This document shows, piece by piece, positions 58,353-64,000 of a stretch of 64,000 nucleotides of DNA (within the stretch, counting starts at the first letter, position 1; each line of letters begins with the position of its first letter). Below the pieces are notes generated by a model. It ran no database searches, was not told where the DNA came from, and saw nothing but the letters and a program-made list of their open reading frames with translations. The stretch comes from Patescibacteria group bacterium (GTDB lineage Bacteria > Patescibacteriota > Minisyncoccia > Phycocordibacterales > JACZSL01), in the NCBI GenBank assembly GCA_022574205.1, contig JACZSL010000001.1, forward strand, positions 5,447 to 69,446, given 5' to 3'. The position numbers and the translations under genes are program-made.

Positions 58353-59366
58353 TTATCTTTTCGCAATAATACTCTTTTTGTATAGATCCAAATGATTGAG
58401 TGCTACACCAGTTCCTTTTGCAACACAGCTCTGCGCGTCTTTTGAAAGAATGGCTTTCACTCCGGTTCGTCTAAATACAAGCTCTGGTAGGTGGCGAAGC
58501 TGTGACAAACCACCCGTCATGATAATACCGCGGTCAATAATGTCTGCAGAAAGTTCTGGAGGTGTTTCCTGTAGTACGCTACGGATTGCTTTAATCATTT
58601 CTCGAAGTTCTCTATTGATAGCCCGAACAATCTCGTTTGTTTTAATCTCTGTTGTGCGTGGTAATCCTGTTATATAATCACGCCCCTTAATAAGCATTGA
58701 GAGCTCCTCTTCAATAGGCACCGCGGCACCGATTTGTATTTTTACTTCTTCTGCCGTTTTATCGCCAATCGCAAGATTGTGCGTTTTTTTCACATAATCG
58801 ATAATTGCCTGATCAATTCTGTTGCCTGCACATTTCACACTTGTTGACACAACAATGCCTCCAAGTGATATGACCGCAACATCAATAGTTCCACCCCCAA
58901 TGTCAACTATCATGTGTCCGTGTGCTTCCTGAATGGGGATGCCTGCTCCAATAGCCGCGAGAATCGGTTCTTTGATGACGTATGCATTCTTGGCTCCTGC
59001 TTTTATGGTAGCTTCAATAACCGCACGCTTTTCTGTTGAGGTAACACCAGCGGGGACAGACACCATCACATCTGGTTTAAAAATATTCCATTTTCCCAGA
59101 ACCTTCTTTATGTAATGACGAAGCATTATCTCCGTCATACGATAATCAGCAATCACACCGTCACGCATTGGTCGATAAGCCACAATTGTTTCAGGAGTGC
59201 GTCCGATCATCTCTTTTGCTTCGGTACCAATTGCAAGTATTGTATTTTCCTCTTCAGAGACTGCCACAACAGAAGGTTCATTCAAGACAACCCCTCGACC
59301 TGGAAGATATACGAGTATGTATGTAGTACCAAGATCAATTCCGAGTTTTTTACTAAATAATGCCAT
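58353..59366 (-). CDS. mreB: rod shape-determining protein MreB
   Basis: Actin-fold motifs IDLGTT and DIGGGT. Confidence 0.85.
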   Translation of the reverse strand: MALFSKKLGIDLGTTYILVYLPGRGVVLNEPSVVAVSEEENTILAIGTEAKEMIGRTPETIVAYRPMRDGVIADYRMTEIMLRHYIKKVLGKWNIFKPDVMVSVPAGVTSTEKRAVIEATIKAGAKNAYVIKEPILAAIGAGIPIQEAHGHMIVDIGGGTIDVAVISLGGIVVSTSVKCAGNRIDQAIIDYVKKTHNLAIGDKTAEEVKIQIGAAVPIEEELSMLIKGRDYITGLPRTTEIKTNEIVRAINRELREMIKAIRSVLQETPPELSADIIDRGIIMTGGLSQLRHLPELVFRRTGVKAILSKDAQSCVAKGTGVALNHLDLYKKSIIAKR

Positions 59367-59527
59367 GTTTGAGACTATGCTTTGAGCAAAGAAAATCGTG
59401 TATATATGTAACCATAATTATCAGCGTGAATGGTTCATATTTTCAATCCCTATATAGTATCGTATAAACCGCATGTTGCAATGATGCGAATCCGTCCACT
59501 ATATAGCATATATGCTATACTTCATTA

Positions 59528-61048
59528 ATGAAAAATCGATTGGAACACATAGGCCCTATTATTGCAAAGATTCGCGAGGATAAAGAGATGACTCAAAAAG
59601 TACTAGCGAAAAAAATCATGACAACTCAATCCGCCGTAGCACGCATGGAAAAAGGTGAACAGAATTTGACTACAGAAATGCTCGCCCGTATTGGTCGTGC
59701 TTTAAAAGCGGAGATTTTGAGTGTTTCTTCAGGAAAAATGAACCTGAAAATCAAAGGTGGGGAAAAACTTCATGGTAAAATACGGGTAAATACATCAAAA
59801 AACGGAGCAATGGGTCTTCTTTCGGCTTCTCTTTTAAATAGAGGAACAACGGTTCTAAAAAATGTGCCAAATATTGAGGAAGTGAACCGAATCGTCGAAG
59901 TATTAAAGAGTATTGGAGTACGTGTAAAACGCTCGCGTGGAAATATTGAAATAATTCCGCCAAAGAAATTTACATTTTCTAAGTTGGACAAAAAAGCTGC
60001 TGGGCAGACACGTAGCATAATTATGTTCATTGGACCTCTAGTACATAGCCTTAAAACGTTCACTCTACCAAACACCGGTGGGTGCGAATTGGGGGTTCGA
60101 AGTATTCGACCTCACCACTATGCTCTAGAAAAACTTGGAGTAGTTATAGAAACGAGGCAGAATGATTTTGTGGTGCGCCATAAGGGACTTAAAAAGAACC
60201 AGGAAATTATTCTATACGAAGCCGGTGATACAGTAACTCAAAACGTGCTGATGGCCGCAAGTCTTATACCAACAACAACAACTATCAAATACGCCTCAGC
60301 AAACTATCAGGTTCAGGAATTATGTTTTTTCCTCGAAAAACTTGGAGTAAAAATAGGTGGTGTTGGCACTTCTACGCTTGTTGTTTCGGGGGTCTCAACC
60401 ATAAACAAACATATGGAGTACGAGATAAGCGAGGATCCAACAGACGCAATGTTTTTTTTGGCAGCAGCAATCATGACAAAAAGTTCTATAATAATTGAAA
60501 GATGTCCTATAGAGTTTCTTGAGATAGAGCTTTTAACTTTGGAAAAAATGGGCTTTAAATATAGTAAGAGTAAACCCTACCTCTCACGTAATGGTAGAAC
60601 TAAATTAGTTGATATTAAAACACAAAGCTCAAATCTTTTCGCACCTCCAGAAAAAATTCATCCTCTTCCCTACCCTGGATTAAATATAGACAATCTTCCA
60701 TTTTTTGCTGCAATAGCAACGATCGCAAAAGGTCAAACATTGATTCACGATTGGGTCTACGATAAGCGTGCGCTTTATTATACAGAGCTAGATAAGCTTG
60801 GGGCGAGTACTGTTCTTGCTGACCCGCATCGCCTATACATTACAGGACCAACCAAATTAAGAGCCACGGAGCTTGTGTGTCCGCCCGCGCTTCGCCCCGC
60901 TACCATACTGCTCATATGCATGCTTGCGGCTGAAGGAACCTCGGTTTTGCGCGACGTTTACAGCATTAATCGTGGATACGAGAATTTGACAAAGAGGCTT
61001 AATTCTATTGGGGCTGAAATAAGTATCATACGTGATTTTACATACTAG
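59528..61048 (+). CDS. murA: UDP-N-acetylglucosamine 1-carboxyvinyltransferase with N-terminal XRE-type HTH extension (about 65 aa)
   Basis: The MurA core starts at MNLKIKGGEKLHGKIRV and the active-site Cys sits in NTGGCELG. It is preceded in-frame by the HTH QKVLAKKIMTTQSAVARMEKGEQNLTTEMLARIGRAL. Confidence 0.8.
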   Translation: MKNRLEHIGPIIAKIREDKEMTQKVLAKKIMTTQSAVARMEKGEQNLTTEMLARIGRALKAEILSVSSGKMNLKIKGGEKLHGKIRVNTSKNGAMGLLSASLLNRGTTVLKNVPNIEEVNRIVEVLKSIGVRVKRSRGNIEIIPPKKFTFSKLDKKAAGQTRSIIMFIGPLVHSLKTFTLPNTGGCELGVRSIRPHHYALEKLGVVIETRQNDFVVRHKGLKKNQEIILYEAGDTVTQNVLMAASLIPTTTTIKYASANYQVQELCFFLEKLGVKIGGVGTSTLVVSGVSTINKHMEYEISEDPTDAMFFLAAAIMTKSSIIIERCPIEFLEIELLTLEKMGFKYSKSKPYLSRNGRTKLVDIKTQSSNLFAPPEKIHPLPYPGLNIDNLPFFAAIATIAKGQTLIHDWVYDKRALYYTELDKLGASTVLADPHRLYITGPTKLRATELVCPPALRPATILLICMLAAEGTSVLRDVYSINRGYENLTKRLNSIGAEISIIRDFTY

Positions 61049-61066
61049 TGTTTTTTTGACACTATA

Positions 61067-61870
61067 ATGGCAATGGAAACATTCGGAAATAAATGGGGGC
61101 TTGCGGTCGTGATCCTCCTTATAGCAACCGGTACAGTTTGGCTTTTTGGAGCGAGCGGTTTTCGAATCGGAGAAGGTTTCCTCCTTGTGCGCACTGGCTC
61201 AGTGGAGCTACAATATGTTTTGCCAGAAGCCGTCGTATTCTTAAACGATGAAGAAAGGAGGGGTAAGAAAAACCTAGATGGTAGTTTTTCTATTAAAAAC
61301 ATAGAACCGGGAACATATACAATAATGGTTGCCAAAGAAGATCATTGGCCTTGGATCAAAAAAATTAATTTGAGCGAGCAGCAAGTACTTGTACTGCATC
61401 CATTTACCATTTCAAAAAGTCCAAAGGTGACGAAAGTTTCCGAGGATGACGAACTATACCTTACTTCCATATCTAGTATTAAGCTAGAATTACTACCGAC
61501 AATGCAGTCGAAAAAAACCTCAATAGATGGCTTAACCGCGATATGGCTAGAAGACAATGCAGTAATGATTGAGTGGCTTGGAGACCTTGAAGATCTTCCG
61601 TCTATTTTCTGCAGTACGAGCAACACTTGTGATCAACAGATTATTGTATATTCTGGTACTGACACTGTAAGTAGTATAGATTTCTATCTAAATCAGACTG
61701 ATGTTTTGCTCATAGCTTCAGGTAATAAACTTATCGTTGTTGATGTTGACTCAAAAAATGTTCAAAATATTCAACCACTATACGAAGGCACTGAACCTGT
61801 TTTTAAAGTTATGGAAGGAGAGACTCTATATATTCTTGACGCAGGAGAACTCTACGTTATGACACTTTAA
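61067..61870 (+). CDS. membrane-anchored PEGA-domain protein
   Basis: N-terminal TM. GSFSIKNIEPGTYTIMVAKEDHWPW is PEGA-like. Confidence 0.45.
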   Translation: MAMETFGNKWGLAVVILLIATGTVWLFGASGFRIGEGFLLVRTGSVELQYVLPEAVVFLNDEERRGKKNLDGSFSIKNIEPGTYTIMVAKEDHWPWIKKINLSEQQVLVLHPFTISKSPKVTKVSEDDELYLTSISSIKLELLPTMQSKKTSIDGLTAIWLEDNAVMIEWLGDLEDLPSIFCSTSNTCDQQIIVYSGTDTVSSIDFYLNQTDVLLIASGNKLIVVDVDSKNVQNIQPLYEGTEPVFKVMEGETLYILDAGELYVMTL

Positions 61871-61882
61871 ACGCTTTTCTTT

Positions 61883-63739
61883 ATGAACCTCGTGCACGTC
61901 ATCCCGATAGCAAGAGGTATTGCTCGTAATCGACTTTCCTACTTTACATCAAAGAATGTTGTGAAAGGTAGCCTTGTATCCGTTCCTTTGAGAAACAAGG
62001 TGGTGCCTGCTCTTGTCATTCAAGTTGAGGATCTTAGATTTGCACGTAGCCAACTTCGTAAAGCTAAATACGCAGTCAAAAAGATAGTGGTGCTAAAAAA
62101 TAGAAGCGTATTGTCTGATGCATATCTAAAAGCCGCAGAAAGCACGGCTATTTATACAGCTTCTTCGGTCGGAGCGGTGTTTTATGCTTTAATTCCAAAG
62201 GTGTTCCTAGACAATATAGACGCTATGCCAGCACTGAAAAACCCGAGGTTAAAAAAGGGCACACGCACAACATATATCATTGAAGCTCCGCGATTAGAGC
62301 GTGTAGCACAATACGCTAAGCAAATAAAGTTAGAGCTTAAGTTAAATAAATCAGTTTATATATGTGTTTCAACAAGAGAAGAAGCCCAGCGTATTGGGTG
62401 CGAGTTAGCTTTTCTAAATGAGCGAATTTTTGTTTTTCATGGTTTTATACCAAGAAAGGAGTTGGTGTCGCGCATGGAAGCCATGTTACAAGAAAAGAGG
62501 GCGGTTGTTATTGTTGGCACAGGAAACTTTTTAGCTTTGCCAAGGACTGACATTGGTACAATCATAATTGAAAGAGAGTCATCCGGAGCCTACAAAAAGC
62601 GCTCTAGACCATTTGTTGATATTAGAGTATTTGCTACATACCTATCTAAATACTCAGGCGCGCGCTTAATCATTGGTGATGATGCGTTGCGTATTGAAAC
62701 AATGTACGGATTGACTTACGATCAAAAAGTTAAACGGAGATCAAATATGCCCAGTCAGTTTCCAAAGAAAAAAGTCGTAGACATGCGGAAATATAAAGGT
62801 AAGACGTTTAAGGTGTTGAGCCTTGAGCTTGAAAAACTTTTGATGGAAGCTTCTGGCCACGTCTTTCTATTTACTGCTACTCGCGGTGTATCATCGAATA
62901 CGATATGCGAAGATTGCGGTGAGGTTGTCTTGTGTCAAAATTGTGAGGCTCCAGCCGTATTGCACAAAGGAACACCTGAAAATATATTTGTCTGCCATAA
63001 CTGTGGGGAGTCCAGGAGTGCTAAAGAACGTTGCAGAACGTGTAATAGTTGGAAGCTAAAGCCAATAGGTGTTGGAATTGAGCGTGTAGTTGATGAAGTT
63101 AAAAAAAATGTTGGAGACGTTAGTGTGTTTGTTATAAGTAGCGACCACACAAAAACCCATAGCCGAATCAAAAAGGAAATGAAATCTTTTATGGAATCTG
63201 AGGGTGGTATTCTCATTGGTACTGAAATGGCCCTAAACTATTTAGAGGAAAGAGTGGACTTCGTGGCTGTCGTTTCTATTGACGCTCTTTTGTCTGTGCC
63301 GGATCCAAAAATCTTTGAGCGTGTATATACACTTTTACTTGCACTTATCTCTAATGCAAAAAAAACATTTCTATTGCAGACAAGACAACCGGAGTTGAGC
63401 CTTATACAGCAGGCTTTAGATGGTTATACAAAACAATTTTATAAAGATGAACTGGAGGAGAGAAAGCGTTTTGGTTACCCTCCATTTACTGTACTAATTA
63501 AAGTCAGTGTTTCCGGCACACGCTTGTGGGTTGCTGCAAAAATGGAGGAAATAAAAAAACAACTTGAAGACTATGACTTTCGGATTTATCCTGCATTTGG
63601 GCGCACAAAGCGTGACTATGTACTAAATGCGCTGATTCGTGTCTCAAAAAAATCATGGCCAAATACCAAGTTAATTGAGCTTTTAAGGAGCCTGCCTCCA
63701 AACGTTATGATAGATGTTGAACCAGAAAGCGTGCTTTAA
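61883..63739 (+). CDS. priA: primosomal protein N' (PriA)-like with degenerate helicase motifs
   Basis: 3' DNA-binding N-terminus and the Cys4-Cys4 zinc region (CEDCGEVVLCQNCE...CHNCGESR). Walker A and DExH appear to be replaced (IIEAPRLER / IIIERESS). Confidence 0.6.
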   Translation: MNLVHVIPIARGIARNRLSYFTSKNVVKGSLVSVPLRNKVVPALVIQVEDLRFARSQLRKAKYAVKKIVVLKNRSVLSDAYLKAAESTAIYTASSVGAVFYALIPKVFLDNIDAMPALKNPRLKKGTRTTYIIEAPRLERVAQYAKQIKLELKLNKSVYICVSTREEAQRIGCELAFLNERIFVFHGFIPRKELVSRMEAMLQEKRAVVIVGTGNFLALPRTDIGTIIIERESSGAYKKRSRPFVDIRVFATYLSKYSGARLIIGDDALRIETMYGLTYDQKVKRRSNMPSQFPKKKVVDMRKYKGKTFKVLSLELEKLLMEASGHVFLFTATRGVSSNTICEDCGEVVLCQNCEAPAVLHKGTPENIFVCHNCGESRSAKERCRTCNSWKLKPIGVGIERVVDEVKKNVGDVSVFVISSDHTKTHSRIKKEMKSFMESEGGILIGTEMALNYLEERVDFVAVVSIDALLSVPDPKIFERVYTLLLALISNAKKTFLLQTRQPELSLIQQALDGYTKQFYKDELEERKRFGYPPFTVLIKVSVSGTRLWVAAKMEEIKKQLEDYDFRIYPAFGRTKRDYVLNALIRVSKKSWPNTKLIELLRSLPPNVMIDVEPESVL

Positions 63740-63870
63740 CAAGAAAGTTGTGCAATCACTCATACCCAAGGAAGCCCTCGGACATTTGCTGGTGCCAAGC
63801 TGTTTGGTCATTACAGAAGATTGGCTGTTTATTTTATAAAATAATGGCTCCTGACCCTATTTTCCTCAAG

Positions 63871-63899
63871 TTTTGATCGAGATCCGATCTCGATCAAAT
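63871..63899. repeat. 29-bp palindrome tttgatcgagatc-cga-tctcgatcaaa
   Basis: 13-bp perfect arms about 130 nt after priA. It contains GATC sites. Confidence 0.6.
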
Positions 63900-64000
63900 T
63901 GGGGTTGTTTGTTATTTACGATGTCTTGATAAGACTTCGTATACGTGTCATTATGAAATCGCTTTATATGCAAAATATTATTAAAATTGTTCAGGCAAAT

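Overview
This 64 kb window is AT-rich and splits into two parts. From about 19.5 kb to the end it is a compact housekeeping block. The block holds trpS, aspS, pepA, scpAB, a dcw-like set (dacB-like, mraY, ftsW, murG, M23, ftsQ-like, murA, mreB), gltX, serS, dprA, topA, relA/spoT, parB, miaA, rseP, frr, priA-like, tRNA-Leu(CAA) and tRNA-Trp(CCA). Many of the encoded proteins are short or have degenerate motifs, as in small-genome uncultivated bacteria (possibly CPR/Patescibacteria-like; that placement is inference only). The first ~19.5 kb and a segment at 46-50.3 kb are accessory. They hold a run of signal-peptide and lipoprotein genes (alpha/beta hydrolase, HExxH metallopeptidase, Ig-like and FN3 repeat proteins, Kazal-like, SLT) and two ATP-grasp genes of the RiPP-maturase (MdnC/MvdD-like) type. 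One of these (18085-19095, minus) is followed by a 51-aa ORF whose leader 'PLDPFMFQFAEQ' and core 'TDTKDPYSDCSD' resemble a microviridin-type graspetide precursor. That three-gene module sits between 49-bp direct repeats at 17235-17283 and 19518-19568. The same layout recurs at least three more times: a module bounded by short direct repeats, sometimes copies of a neighbouring gene's 3' end. These are a Nudix gene (52-bp repeats), a two-gene module at 13.2-14.2 kb (14-bp repeats), and a 4.3 kb AT-rich glycosyltransferase island after topA (three diverged copies of topA's last ~50 nt). Together they suggest a cassette-insertion mechanism in this genome that is not described as such, with the graspetide cassette as the most interesting cargo. 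No CRISPR array, rRNA, or integrase adjacent to the cassettes was seen. All family assignments rest on motifs recognised by eye and need a homology search.
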